A stretch of DNA of 64,000 nt from Spirogloea muscicola (GCA_009602725.1 WELB01000019.1:106104-170103); one strand, 5' to 3'. Shown: positions 41,608 through 61,565, counted from the first letter of the stretch. Made by a program: numbers and translations. The notes: generated by a model from the letters alone, not told the origin.

Positions 41608-42190
41608 GTGAGCCATNNNNNNNNNNNNNNNNNNNNNNNNNNNNNNNNNNNNNNNNNNNNNNNNNNNNNNNNNNNNNNNNNNNNNNNNNNNNNNNNNNNN
41701 NNNNNNNNNNNNNNNNNNNNNNNNNNNNNNNNNNNNNNNNNNNNNNNNNNNNNNNNNNNNNNNNNNNNNNNNNNNNNNNNNNNNNNNNNNNNNNNNNNNN
41801 NNNNNNNNNNNNNNNNNNNNNNNNNNNNNNNNNNNNNNNNNNNNNNNNNNNNNNNNNNNNNNNNNNNNNNNNNNNNNNNNNNNNNNNNNNNNNNNNNNNN
41901 NNNNNNNNNNNNNNNNNNNNNNNNNNNNNNNNNNNNNNNNNNNNNNNNNNNNNNNNNNNNNNNNNNNNNNNNNNNNNNNNNNNNNNNNNNNNNNNNNNNN
42001 NNNNNNNNNNNNNNNNNNNNNNNNNNNNNNNNNNNNNNNNNNNNNNNNNNNNNNNNNNNNNNNNNNNNNNNNNNNNNNNNNNNNNNNNNNNNNNNNNNNN
42101 NNNNNNNNNNNNNNNNNNNNNNNNNNNNNNNNNNNNNNNNNNNNNNNNNNNNNNNNNNNNNNNNNNNNNNNNNNNNNNNNNNNNNNNNNN

Positions 42191-42303
<113 letters not shown>

Positions 42304-42485
42304 CCTCTCCCCTCCACACACCACATCCTTGCTTGCAAGTTGACGCTTCCTGCTGCTGCTCCCCTCTTCTCCAGCTGTGCTACTTCTCCTCTCTTTCTGC
42401 CTTCCCCTGCACAAGGCCACCACTTCCCTCTGTGCCAAGGACCCTTTCATTCGCGCTGACAATGAGGTGCCCAGTGGTCATCCAG

Positions 42486-44019
42486 GCCTTCACGACGCCT
42501 GCAATCGTGCTCAACGCCATTGCCGTGGCAGCGTACAAGAAGTACGTCCTTGTCTCGCTGCTCGCCAGCGGCCAGGTGAGCGCAGGCGCCCTGACCTACG
42601 GCCGCCAGTCACATGTCACGCAATTGACCTGCAGAGAGCGAGTGCAGAGGCACTACTGAGAAGGGGCGCTCTGGTGATGCGTCTTGGGCCGCAGGTCCCG
42701 CAGTTCCCCAAGTACACGCCGCCTGTTGTGCAGCGCAACCTCAAGTCGTGTGCCCAGGTAGCGCGGCACCGCAACCACCATCGTCTGCACAACTGCAGCC
42801 GCCTCTATTGTCCTATGCAGCCAGCAGGGCTTGGTGCACTGATGGTGAGGCACTAACAGCGAGCTCTGTGATCCTGCGGCAGGACTACGTGGACATCATG
42901 GCTGTGTACGGCACGCGCAGCATCGGCGACCTGGAGCGCTGCGTGGCTGGCCACGAGGACGTCCTCCGGCGGGTGAGCCGAGGGTCTGGGCCCCTTTTCC
43001 TCCCCCCACTGCGTCTCTCCTCCCTCAGCGCCCACTGCTAGCTGCCACGGCTTCACGCCGCCAAGTGCTTCTTCCAGTAGCCCGGCCTTCCCTGGGTAGC
43101 GCTTATGTGTGGTAGTTTAAGCTGTTTTTGGTTGTTATTGACAATTAAAAGCCATTTGCGCCTCCGCAGGATAACAACCTGGGGCTGGCGAAGCAGGTTG
43201 TCGCGTCGCTATACAAGCGCAACATCCAGCGCCTCACGCAGACCTACCTCACGCTCTCGCTAGCTGACATCGCTGCCACCGTGCAGCTGCCTGGCCCCAA
43301 GGAGGCTGAGCTCCACATCCTCCGCATGGTCTGTTCTCCCCTGGCAGCGCCGCAGCGTCAAGATGGGCATTGAGGGAAAGCCTTGCCGTCCTGCCATTGC
43401 CTTTCACCTTGTGACTGTTCTTTGTCACGTAAATTGACTTGCTGTAAGAGTTGCCTCATACAGACAGAGGGGTGAAACCAGCTACGACTGACTGCTTTGC
43501 ACGCAGATTGAGGACGGCGAGATCTTCGCGACCCTGAACGAGAAGGACGGCATGGTGCAGTTCCTGGAGGACCCAGAGCAGTACACATCGCCTGAGGTCA
43601 CCGACCGCCTCGATGCCAACATCAAGAAGTGAGGCTGTCGCGACCGCTCAGCCGCGACATTCACATTGCTGCCACCAAAGATGCCCTGGCCTTATTCAGA
43701 AGCACCATCAACCCGCCCTCATGTACTTGACCGCTTGATGTGCAGCATGATTGAGGTCGCTTGGAAAATTGAGGTGATGGACGAGCAGATCTCGTGCGAC
43801 CATGCATACCTCAGCAAGGTGCAAGCAACACCCGGCTTTCTCATGCCCCTCTGAGTCTAGCAGGCTGTTGCTGCCACTGTCTGCGACAGTGAAAGCTTCG
43901 CACTGATCGTGCACCATGTCGCTTGCCTCTGGCAGCTGTCTCTGAAGGACAGAGGGAGGTATGCTGGCGACGCGGATGACTTCGAGCTTGGACCACAGAA
44001 GATGTTCGAATCCATGTGA
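42486..44019 (+). CDS. CSN3: COP9 signalosome subunit 3, partial (C-terminal PCI half)
   Basis: [83 protein letters not shown]; stop at 44017-44019. Confidence 0.92.
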
Positions 44020-44461
44020 CTCAGCTCCCCTCTGTACAGCTCCTTTGCTGGACCTGACTGCGAGCACCATTGGCAGAGCCCCTATTGGCTGCAAAACCTC
44101 TGCTCTTTCCAATTGCACAGCCCTTGGATGACATGGTTATCGCGTGGCTGTTGCATGGGTAATGGCTGGGAATGTTTGGTGTAAGAGATTGTCATTAATG
44201 ACTGTTATGTGACCACAGTAACACCAGCTTGGCCATTTCTGCACCAAAGGGGCTGCTAGCCTGCAACGCGTGAGTCTAGCCAAGCGGCTCGGCTTTGCTA
44301 GAGTTCTCTGATTGCTGGCGGCCATGGAGCAGGTCTGGGTCAGAGACGGGCAACATCTGTCCTAGGGTCCTAGGTGCGAGCTATGTGGCAGGCGAGGCCG
44401 AGGGCGTGATGGAGGGGGTAGAAGGATGGTCGATGGTCGTTGTCCGCCGCAGCTGCATCCG

Positions 44462-47400
44462 TCACTCGCACTTGATAGCGCGGTAGATGTGGCGCACGAA
44501 GAGGAGCGAAGCGCGGTACCCGATTGAACCGAGCATGAGGAAGAAGCCGTAGCAAACGCACGCCATGTAGCCAAAGAAGAACGATGTCTGCATGAAGCCT
44601 CGCATGTCGCTACGCGCATAGTAGTAGTAGAAGCAGTAGCCGTAGATGAAGAATCCAGTGGAGCCGCCGCACAGCACTGACCGCCACCACCACTCATGGT
44701 CCTCGATGGCAAGCTGGAAGTAGGTGAGCGCAATCGTGATGAATGCTGTCACAATAATAAGTATGATGAAAACGATGAAGAGGATGCTGTAGATGGTGTA
44801 GATCTTGTGTCCCCACACGCTCGCAAAAATGTAGTACAGCTCGATGTAGATTGCACTGAATGGCAGGAAGCCCGCCATCGCCATCTGGCCAGCCATGGAG
44901 CCAACCAGCAGACGTGCTTGGCATCAGGCAAGTATCACAGGCCTGTCCTTGCCAAGCGAGATCGTGAACATGTCCGCTGTTATCGAGGCAGCTAGGCAAA
45001 CACAATACCTGGTGTATGACCTTAACAAGGTCCCCTGAAGTCAAAGGACGTGAGCTGCGGTGAAGAAGCTGCCGACGCAAGCTGCACAGTGGTCCTAACT
45101 GCAGTGTTTCATCTTCGAGGAAATGCAAGGAAAAAGGTTGTGCAAATGACATACCTGTGGGATGGCCTGCCTGTACCATGGCAGCGTGGGAATCTCACGC
45201 GGGTACTTATTGGTGCGGCACGGTGCCCCGAACTCGCTCTTGCTGTTCTTACCAGCAATGCCGCCCAGGACCTGCGTGCAACCCCAAGGTGGACTTTTTG
45301 AACGGCGGTCCCACACCTGACTGCAGCATTGAGCTACAGGCAGCTCGGTACTCGTACACCTTGGGCTACATTGTGCTGCACTGTGTGCTCGTGCTCGATC
45401 AAACTACGCCTCTCCAGAGGGCTCCTTCCACCGATTTTTTGCAGCCTATGCAAGCCTAAAACTGGCAGGATGAGGCTGGCCAGCAGGTACATTTAAGCCA
45501 TCTCCTATCCTTCTGAGGCCTCCAGAATTTAGCACCAACATAGCTGCCACTTACAGTCAGCGGGAACGTAACAAGGGCCCAGATGACAAGGATGATGACA
45601 ATGGTGCCAAATGGCAGCGCCTGAGTGGACGTGTAGACGATGGCAACCGTGTTGTTGAAGCAGAAGGCCAGGAAGAGGGGCCCACAGAAAAGAGAGGCAG
45701 TCAGGACGACATTGCGGACCTGCCATTTTGCAGAGGAGCCCAGGTCAGTGGTCAAGCAGCTGCATATACCTCACCCAAGATGCACCAGGACTCAGCAGGC
45801 CTCCTGAGTTCCATCACTTATACAGCCTGCAGTGACGTTAGCAGCTGAAGTCAGCAAATGGCTGGTCCAGCAGCATCCAAGAAGGCCACCTCTGCTTTGA
45901 GCATCCCCCAAGTTTCGCAGCACCAGATGGCTCACCCAGTTGTCTCCGCCCGTCTGACGGAAGAGATTGGCAGAGACATAGCCGGCTATGCCTGCTGTGA
46001 GCGCATACAGGACAATGGAAGCCGTGTACAGGGCCCCCCGGTTGTACGGGTAGAAGACCCCCACCAGAGCAAGGCCAAAGATGCAGAGGACGAGCGCCAG
46101 GAGCTGTGTGCCAGCGCCAATGACCGCAGCAAAAAAGCTGCAGCAAACGGGACAAGTCAGCAAATGCAAGTTGGGCTTGTCTTAGAGGCCAACCCCATGA
46201 CAGAATAGTAGCTGAGATGAAGCTGCAGCTAAAAGCTGAATTGTAAGCGCCCTGCCTGAATCTTGCCGTGCCGTCACACGAACCTGGGATAGGGCGGGAA
46301 GCGGAACACGTCCCCATGGATGTACTTCCACCCAGTCTCTTCTTGATCCTCGGCGGTCTCCTCCTCTCGAGTGTACCTGCCAATGCGGCGAAGCGAGTGA
46401 GTGAATGTTAGTATCAGTGAAGGCCCGAGCCACAAATCTCTTGAATGCCTAAATGGTCCCAACATCCAGCATAGTGCAACTGCACACTTGTTTTGACAAG
46501 GGTTGTGTGTGTACTAAGCCCAAGTGCTAACAAACTTGTAGCTTTGCACTATTCCAAGTATGCTAACTGCTCTGCGGCATTTGTAAGCGTGTCGAGCCTG
46601 CCCTGCTGATCTTCCTAGCAAGCATAAGCCTCACTGCTGGGTGGAATCTAAGTGAATGCAGTGGCGCTAGACCAGCCATGAGGTAGTGGGACAAGGGGTA
46701 CAAACTTGATGAAGTCGTTCTTGAGGACGCGCATGAGGATCGTCGCGAGGAAGCCGGTGAGCAGCAGGACAGTGACGCAGGAGTTGATGATGGAGAACCA
46801 GTGGATCTCCAGGTGCTGAGGCAGGAACGAGTACTTGGAGTACTTATCCATGCGGCGCTCGAACGGCGTCGCCACCTCCTTCCACGCCGTGGAGAAGGAG
46901 AACTTGACCGTCAGCGGACCATCGCCGGTGATGTCCACCGTCTGGTCGGGGTCTGTCGAGACGAGGATCTCGATTACGCGGTCCTTGTTGTAGTGCACGT
47001 CGAAATGCACGTGCGTGAACAGCAGATACTTCTCGCTGTCCTTGTTCTGGATCTTCCCAATGAAGCCCCATATCGGAAGGTCGTCGTAGAACATCTGCCA
47101 GGCAAGCCAGCGGGCCATGGACAGAGCGGCCATGCTTTCTCAGCTTGCCGCGCAGATTGGATTGCAGCCACTTGAGAGCACTGGCGGCGAGTGATCTGGC
47201 CTACACCAGGCCCCTGGCAGCAGTAGCCCGACGCCAAGTGCGAGGGCTCAGCAGGACCAGCGGCGAGCGTGCGGACCTGGAAGTAGTAGTCCTCCTTGAC
47301 GGCCGTGCGGAACTTCTTGAGATCGGCCGCCGACAGCGTCCTGGTGCAGAGGACCTCGTCCTCCTTGTCGACGTTGAAGTTGACGTCGTAAGGGGACTCG

Positions 47401-47788
47401 ATCATGCGGTCGCCCTCCAGCACCTCCCCGAGGTCCTCCGCCTTGTGCGCCGAGGACAGCGGCTGGCAGAACGGCAGGTCGTAGTACTGGTACGTCTCGC
47501 TGCGGCGCGGGCGACGGCCATCTGACGCTTATAAGAGGCACCTCGAGCTCCACGACGTCTCCACCATTGGAATCGGCTAGCTCGTTCAGATCCAAAGCGG
47601 CGACCAGCAGAAGTAGGGGTCGATCAGGCGGCCGGATCCGCGGGAGGAAGCCACTGACCTGGGGTTGTGGAACGGCCCGACCTTGTTGGCGAAGAGCGGG
47701 ACGTGGTCGCGCGAGCAGTAGCGGTGGTCGGACGCGGAGAGCAGCCGCCGGCTCGGCCCGCGCGCCGCCGCCGCCGCCGCCGCGCCNG
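44462..47788 (-). CDS. Transmembrane 9 superfamily (TM9SF/EMP70/TMN) protein; start obscured at an N
   Basis: SDHRY..DHVPLFANKVGPFHNP, QMFYDDLPIWGFIGK, HLEIHWFSIINS, GWKYIHGDVFRFP, AGFLPFSAIYIELYYIFASVWGH, C-terminus IYRAIKCE*. Confidence 0.95.
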
Positions 47789-47909
47789 CGGCGGCGGCGG
47801 CGGCGCGGAATGCGGCGCCTTCGCCGGCGGGGATGGCGGGGGGCGGCGGAGGGTGGTTAGGGCCGTCTCTGCGGAGACGGTGTGGGCCCGTCTCCGCCGT
47901 TAATAATAA

Positions 47910-48049
47910 GAACAATTTACACTAGACCGGTCGGTCACTCATTGGCCTCGCTTTGGCCTCAAATTGGCAAAGTCTTGACTTCGAGCGTCCATACAACGCG
48001 CGACACGTACCCTTCAGCCGTGACCGACCGGTCGAGTGTAAATTGGCCC
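47910..48049. mobile_element. PIF/Harbinger (Tourist-like) MITE
   Basis: 26 bp inverted repeat, 47913-47938 versus 48020-48045, with one mismatch. The right terminus reads GGGCCAATTTACAC on the minus strand. TAA on both sides (47907-47909 and 48050-48052). Confidence 0.65.
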
Positions 48050-49344
48050 TAAGAAGGGCCACAGCGCCCGATAGGAATAGTGGCCGATAAGCCGATTGGT
48101 TAGATGGTGGGGAGACGAGCGAGCGTTGACGGGGAGGGATCCTAGCCAAGACCCAAGCGAGACGCCAGGGACTACAATAGCGTCAGCAGCCTTGTGCGCG
48201 GTCAATGAAGCTGCCATCATGTGAATGTTGGTGTTTTCAAAGGACGTGTTCCAGACAGGAGTAATAGTGTCTTGAAGCGAGAGAGAGAGCTCGTCTTACA
48301 ACCCAGGTTCTTGACTCACGTCATTGGTCGTGCCTCTGAGCAGGGATTGTGGGGTGGTGGCTCGTCTGAGTCTACCAACAGGCGAGAAGGGCCGGGCAGT
48401 GACAGGACAGCCAGAAAGGCTCCAAGTTCGCCATCCCGTACCTCCGAAAGAAGCTGCCACCAAAGAGGGCAATGGCTGTAGATGGCCAGCTCAGAGGGAA
48501 TGACAATAGGTGTAAGGATGACTGAGGGTGGCCGGGAAAGTGAAGACAATGCCTCCGTCGCTGAAGAGGTGGGTCAAATTTGGACAGGCAATTGTGAAAT
48601 GCCAGGCTTCAAAAGTTGGCAGCTCTTCAGCCGTGCATTGTCGATCCTGCAACAGTGATGGACGTACCCAAGCACACACGCGGAAGCAAGCACGCCAAAG
48701 TAGCAAGAAGAGCATTGAGATCCTCATGAGGCAGTAGCTGTAAGGGCTCAAGCGACCATCTCTGTGTTTGTCTTGCACAAGCACACACAAATGTAGGGGG
48801 GCAGGAGCCAATGAAGAGCAGCCCTGTGACTTGAGGAGCTGCTTGTGTGAATGAGCACAAGCTGACCACTTCATGGGGCATTGACTGTCTGCTGGTTCAG
48901 TCGTGCAGCCTTCCTTCCCTGAACCTTGCCAGTGCCGTTCTGCCCTGCAGTCATCGAAGTATGTGGCTTGTTCCCCTCAAAGACTTCACTGTATTTCTTT
49001 GGAGGGGAGGGGAAAGAGATTCTACAATCTCCAACGCGCTTATGTCCTAAGGTGGCTCCCCACCCAGTACTGCAGGAAGATGAGGCAGGACGAGGACACT
49101 CTTGCTTCTCTTTATGCACTGCAACCGTTATGATGCAGCAGTTGGTGACAGCCTGCAGTAGCCAACTCAACTCAAGTAGTAGTGAATTACTGCTGGGCTC
49201 CTACTACAATTTGCAGCTATCAGACTCTGGACGTGGACAAGCAACCAATGAAGAGCTACTCACAGCAGCGACACAGTGGCAGCCCCATGGAAGTCTGCAG
49301 CAAAGAAAAGACTAGCAACTGCTTAAGAATGACTGCCAACTGTG

Positions 49345-55817
<6,473 letters not shown>

Positions 55818-56309
55818 GAGGCGGCGCGGCAGAAGCCTGGCAGCCGCCGCTCAGCGCAGCATCTCGACGAGCGCTGAGATGAGTTGCTCAGCGCCGTTCC
55901 AGAGCGCCATCACAGCGCCAAAAGCCGGGCATCCGCGGCGGGCGCGGCCGCCGCCTTCGCCGCCGCCGTCGCCGCCGCCGCCGCCGCNCCGCCGCCGCCG
56001 CGGGCGCTCGGCCGTCGTCCCGGCAAGATGGGATTGAGCGGGTCGGCCACTGCCGTGACGGGACGGAACGAACTTCTCGCGCCGTCCGTCGGCCGCGGAC
56101 TGACGAAAACCGGGGAGGTCCATCCTCGAGGAAACAGGGAATGGAGTGTGTATGAAGTGACGGCTGCTGATGTTAAAGAAGCGGCTGTGAAGGCCCAGCC
56201 AGATGCATACAGGAGTGACAGAGGGACTGAGTGGCCAAGTAGGAAGCCGGAGACGGAGCACCGCCAAGAAAGCCAGTGGCCTCTAAGCTAGGCCACTGAC
56301 TTTCTTAGC

Positions 56310-57165
56310 TTAGCTTAGAGCGCGCCCAGCATGCTGATGAGTGGCCAAAGCTGGGGGCGCTGCAAGGCTACCGAATGTCGCATTATGCAGCATGCAACTA
56401 GTGCCTGCAAAATCTTGATGTGCTCCAAGCTGCCTCCCCCAACTGCGACGACGCGCGTCAAGCAGCTCGAAAGTGCGAGGAAGAAGCAGCTCTTCCAAGG
56501 GGGCGAGGGCTGGAAAGAGCCCAAAAGAAAGAAGAATGAGACGCTTCCAGGAGAGGGCGGTGGCTGGGAGAGGCCAGCTCAAGATAAAGGAATCAACAAA
56601 GCCTGAGGGGACCAGGGAAAGCGCTAAAGCACACACGGAAACAAGTAGCTACGAAACAATTCAGTTATCCCTACTAAGCAACCGCAGGTCGGAGAGACTA
56701 GTCTCCTGGTAGCTGGTCCCCAGGCGAGGGCCAGAGGCGGCAGCAAGGGCACGACCGGCGCTGAGATGCAGCACACGAGCCATGGCACCCTTCTGCTGGA
56801 AAGGCATCACCCGAAGTTCTCGGCGGCCACCGAGAAGCGGGCCTCCACGAGGATGCCATGCATGGCGTCGCGGAGGAGGTCGTGCGCCGCCGTCCGATCG
56901 CCAGAGTGTGCACATCGGAGGACGTGTGCAGCCAGCTCCGCAGCCCCGGCCTCCCGAGAAGGCGCGCGGGGCGCATGAAATGAAAGGGAGGCCAATGCAA
57001 GCCAATATATTCCCGAGAAGAATGGACACGGTCCAAGAGCCGAGAGGCGCCTAAGACCACATAGCTATCAACGAGAACAGTGGAGGAAAGAAATTGCTCG
57101 CTCAGAGAGGGAACGCTTAGTAACCCCGATTTAGCAGCTGCAAGTCCGTAAGCAACTGGCTGGCT
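56310..57165 (-). mobile_element. Second nest of co-oriented RLE retroelement fragments
   Basis: Read on the minus strand: LTDLQLLNRGY* plus an A-type terminus (57160-56955); zinc-knuckle piece HVLRC..AHDLLRDAMHGIL; GRALAAASG..SLSDLRLLSRDN* plus a B-like UTR; a degenerate subfamily A piece. Confidence 0.75.
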
Positions 57166-57235
57166 TTTACAGCCGCTCTTTTGATAACAGCAGCCGCGTT
57201 CTTTCCTGGCGGGCGGCGGCGCGCAGCTCGCGGCC

Positions 57236-58810
57236 ATGGCTGCCGCGGCGGCGCGCGGGCCGCCAGCCGACATCCCCGAGGCGCTGCTCCTGGTGCTGCC
57301 GCACCTGGACCTCCGAGGCCTGCTGGCTGTCGAGCAGGTCGGGGCCCCCCGCTGCTGCGCTGCGGCTCCGGTCCGGGCTCCTCGGCCCGCTTGGCAGCAG
57401 CCGTTTGCCCGGCGGAGTTGGCACATGGACTGCGCAGCCGCTGGCAAACGCGCGACTGGACTGACAATTGCTCGCAAACTGAAGACGTATTTGCTACGAG
57501 TCTTTGGCGCGGGACGTGGGCCGCCTTGTTGCCCAAGCCGCGTCGCCTTGTGGAGTCGAAGATTGACAGGGGGTAGCCATAACAGACACACACATGTATA
57601 AGAGAAAGCGTAAGTTATGCGGACGCCCACCGGCTCCGTCCTCAAGAGGATGGGCATTCAGGCTTCCATAGCTGGCCCGCAGGTCTGTCGGGCGCTGCAG
57701 GACGCCGTGCGCGACGACACGTCCCTGTGGCGCGCGCTGGCACTTCTAGGGGGCCCACGCGGGGCCCCTCATCTCAACGACGAGCGCCTCGCGGCCCTGG
57801 TGGCCCGCTCGCGGGGCAGCTTGCAGTCCCTGCTAATCTGGGAGTGCCTGAGCATCACGTCACAGGGGCTGGTGGCTGCGCTCAGGGACTGCCCACGTTT
57901 GGAGAAGGTGGGTGCACATCACTAAGCCCGCCATCAATAATGGCAGGTGCAACGCTGGTACTCTGACTCAGGTGCGCACACTCGAGCTGCTATGCTGCCA
58001 AGGGTGCTGATGGGCGGCTGGCCATGTATGCAGCTGCACGTGGTGGACTAGTGGACTGACATGAGCGCCGGCGAAGTTCTCCTCCTCGCCAAGAGCCTCG
58101 CCCATGTGGCGGAGCAGCTGGGCCTCCGCCCGAGCTTGCGGCAGCTTCGCCTGCAAGGCAGCCTAATGGAGCAGTGCTCAGGCACCGACTTGCTGGAGTT
58201 GCGCAGATACATGGCACCAGATGCAGGGAGAGTGAGCCCGCCTCCATCTTTCCGTGCGCGCGCGACGTGCTTTTGGGACCTGGACATATTGTCGCCTTTT
58301 GGCTACTTCATTACGCGCCATAAAGGCCTGCGGGACCTCAAGGAGCACGATGCGTCTGGCCGAGCCGTAGATGTGGGGGTCTGTGCAGGCTGCCATGAAT
58401 TGCATAATACGTACCAATGCTCGCCGGCAACATGTACCAACCCTCGCAAGCATTTGCAAGGCGACCAATCCAGTCCATTGTGGTGCTGGTCGTGCGTCCC
58501 ACGCTGCGAGCTCTGCTATGTTTGCCAGGAGCCCGATTTGGTGAACCCTGACACATCTGACCTGGATGACCAGCATTTGACGACGATGTGCCAGATATGC
58601 AAGGTTTGCCAGCCCTGCTGGAAGCACCTGCCCAGGTGCATTCACTGCAACCAGGCCTCCTGCCCATACGGTCTTGAGCATTGCGCGACTCACATCTACA
58701 ACAAGAGCTCGTACTTGTGCCATGATTGCTATGCCCGTGAATTTTTTGACAAACGCCGGGCTTCACGCAATGAGGACATGTTTAATCCCCGACTACACTG
58801 GATGAGATGA
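57236..58810 (+). pseudogene. F-box protein of SKIP14/SKIP28 type, copy 1, with an in-frame TAG at 58049-58051
   Basis: Three exons: PEALLLVLPHLDLRGLLAVEQV|CRALQDAVRDD..LWR..LNDERL...G.LQSL...C.SITSQGL...CPRLEK|..RAVDVGVC and a Cys-rich C-terminus. The stop is codon 6 of exon 3. Confidence 0.7.
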
Positions 58811-59167
58811 CTTGCTGAATTTTGTTTGCTCAAATTCGCCCTTTCGACTAGATCGTGGTCAGTAGCCTGGCCACCTGCTGCTAAAGTCCGTGTGTGCAAA
58901 GTAAGGCCTCCAGGACTGAAGCTTGCATTCCACAATCAGAGACGGGGTGGGTGCTCTACTTGATAGGCATCCCACGAGAAGACAGGCGGTGCTTGTTCGG
59001 CCAGTGACCGGGACTGTTTCAATCTCGCAAGGAGCAATATGCTTGTCGATTTAAAGAGCAAGCGGTGGAGGCGCACTGAAAGGGCATCCACAGGGCCCCA
59101 CCGTACTACAGTGTTGGCAACAGCAGCATCACTGGTCTCAGATGTGTGATGACATTGCTACCTTGTA

Positions 59168-59274
59168 ACAGCTCCCACTCCTTCCACTTCGTTACGATAT
59201 GCATAAGTTGACCATCATGTACCAACTCCCTCTCCTTCCACTTCGTTATTACATGCATAAGCTGACCATCATGA
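59168..59274 (+). repeat. Tandem duplication of about 53 bp downstream of F-box copy 1
   Basis: ctccttccacttcgtta..atgcataag.tgaccatcatg occurs twice; the paralogous flank near 61945-61990 has a single unit. Confidence 0.7.
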
Positions 59275-59520
59275 AATAACATTACCACAGCTATGGAAGG
59301 GTCAGAATGAATTAGGACAACCCAACCCCTGGAGCAATCTTAGCACCAAGATGATATATGAATCATCTCTCTTGTATTCGCCTTTCCCATATCTCCAGTC
59401 TTCATATCTCCAGTCTCACTGGTTCACAAAAGCCTTTCTTAGTCCAGTCTTTTGGGCTGGCCTCTCGCAGCCATTGCCTTACTGGGGGAGCAGACTGTCA
59501 ATCTCTTTCTGAAAGCGTTG

Positions 59521-59778
59521 CGCTCGCAAGCATTGGCTCTTCATCAACGTGCAGGGCGCGCTCTAAGTCAGGCCTCCGGCTTTCGTGGCGGCGCTCCAGC
59601 TCCCCAAGTTAGCTTGTCAGATTTGTTTGTGCTCACCCGTGGGTACTAATGTCATCTTAGGTACCTTAGATTAGGTCTCCGTATTATGTAGCATTGTTTA
59701 GTCTGCACTCGACTCTGCCTGAACAATGTATTGGCTTGAATTGGCCTCCCTTTCAATTCATGCGCCCCGCGCGCCTTC
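59521..59778 (+). mobile_element. 5'-truncated subfamily A retroelement insertion with a 19 bp target-site duplication
   Basis: tctctttctgaaagcgttg at 59502-59520 and 59779-59797; the body is near-identical to 26-290. Confidence 0.9.
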
Positions 59779-59938
59779 TCTCTTTCTGAAAGCGTTGAAG
59801 AAGACAGTGACTCAATTTGGCCACGAGGCACCTGGAAGGGACTTTCCTCACTAGGCACCTGCCTGGCGTTTACAGCCGCTCTTGCATATCAGCAGCCGCA
59901 TCCTTCTCCTGGCGGGCAGCGGCGCGCCGCTCGCGGCC

Positions 59939-61565
59939 ATGGCCGCCGCGGCGGCGCGCGGGCCGCCGTCCGACGTCCCCGAGGCGCTGCTCCTGGCGCT
60001 GCCGCACCTGGACCTCCGAGGCCTGCTTCGCGTCGAGCAGGTCGGGGCTCCCGCTGCTGCGCTGCGACTCCGCTCCGGGCTCCTCGGCCCGCTGCGCAGC
60101 AGCCATTTGCCTGGCGGAGTTGGCACATGGACTGAACAGCCACTTGCAAAGGCGCGACTTGACCCACACTTACCAACGAAGAGAAAGGCCTCTTACGGCC
60201 ACGAGACTTTTAGCGGATGACGGGGGCCTCCTTTGTGGCCAGTCGGCGTCGCCTCGTGGCGTCGAAGATTGACAGGGGGTAGCCATCACAAACATGAGCA
60301 TAGCATACATAAAGAAAGCATAGTACATCCAGGCGTCCGCCAGCTGTGTCCTCGGAAGACTGGGTTCAGACTCCGGGACTTATGCTTCCATGGCTGGCGT
60401 GCAGGTCTGCCGGGCGCTGCAGGCCGCCGTGCGCGACGACACGTCCCTGTGGCGCGCGCTGACGCTGCGAGGGGGCTCACGCGGGGCCCCGCAGATTGAC
60501 GACAAGCGCCTCGCGGCCCTGGTGGCCCGCTCGCAGGGCAGCTTGCAGTCCTTGCTACTCTGGCGGTGCTTCAGCATCACATCACAAGGGCTTGTGGCTG
60601 CGCTCAAGGACTGCCCAGGTCTGGAGAAGGTGGGTGCACGTCACTAAGCCCGCCATTGATCATGGCAGGTGCTACGCTGGCACTCTGTCTGAGATTCGCA
60701 TACCCAAGCTACTATACCACCGAGGGTGCTAACGGGCGGCTGGCCATGTATGCAGCTGCACGTGGTGGACGGTAGGACTGCAATGAGCGCCTATGAAGTT
60801 CTCCTCCTCGCCAAGAGCCTCGCCCATGCGGCGGAGCAGCTCGGCCTCCGCCCGAGCTTGCGGCAGCTTCACCTCAAAGGCAGCCTCGCAAAGCAGTGCT
60901 CAGGCACCGACTTGCTGGAGCTGCGCAAATACATGGCACCAGATGCAGGGAGAGCCAGCCCACCTCCACCTTTCCGTGCGCGTACGACGTGCTTCTGGGA
61001 CCTGGACATTAGGCCGTCTGACGGCTACTTTCCTATGCGCCACAATGGCCTGCGGGACCTCAAGGAGCACGATGTGTCCGGCCGAGCCATAGACATGGGG
61101 GTCTGTGCAGGCTGCCGTGAGTTGCATGATACGTACCAATGCTCGCCGGCAACATGTACCAACCCCCGCAAGCATTTGCAAGGCGACCGAACCAGTCCTC
61201 CATTGTGGTGCTGGTCGTGCGTCCCACGCTGCGAGTTCTGCTATGTCTGCAAGGAGCACAGTTCGTTGAAGGCCGACACATTTGACCTGGAGCCGACCTG
61301 GAGGGTGGAGGTGGGTGACCTGGACTTCATGACGATGTGCCAAATATGCAAGGTTTGCGAGCCCTGCTGGAAGCGCCTGCCTAGGTGCATTTACTGCAAC
61401 CAGGCCTCCTGCCCATACGATCTTGAGCAATGGGCGAGAGAAGTCCACAACGGGACTTCGTTTTTGTGCTATGATTGCTATGACGAGGAGACACTCGATG
61501 ACATGTGCTGGGCTTCAGACACAGACAATGAGGACAACATTTATCCCAAGGACTACACTGGCTGA
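59939..61565 (+). CDS. F-box protein of SKIP14/SKIP28 type, copy 2 (intact)
   Basis: Same three-exon structure with an open frame; F-box, LRR-like segment, RAIDMGVC and multiple CxxC motifs. Confidence 0.8.

Noticed and set aside
48221..49315. Plus-strand ORFs between TM9SF and TBCD
   Set aside because: No recognisable domain or consistent exon chain; an orphan gene cannot be excluded.
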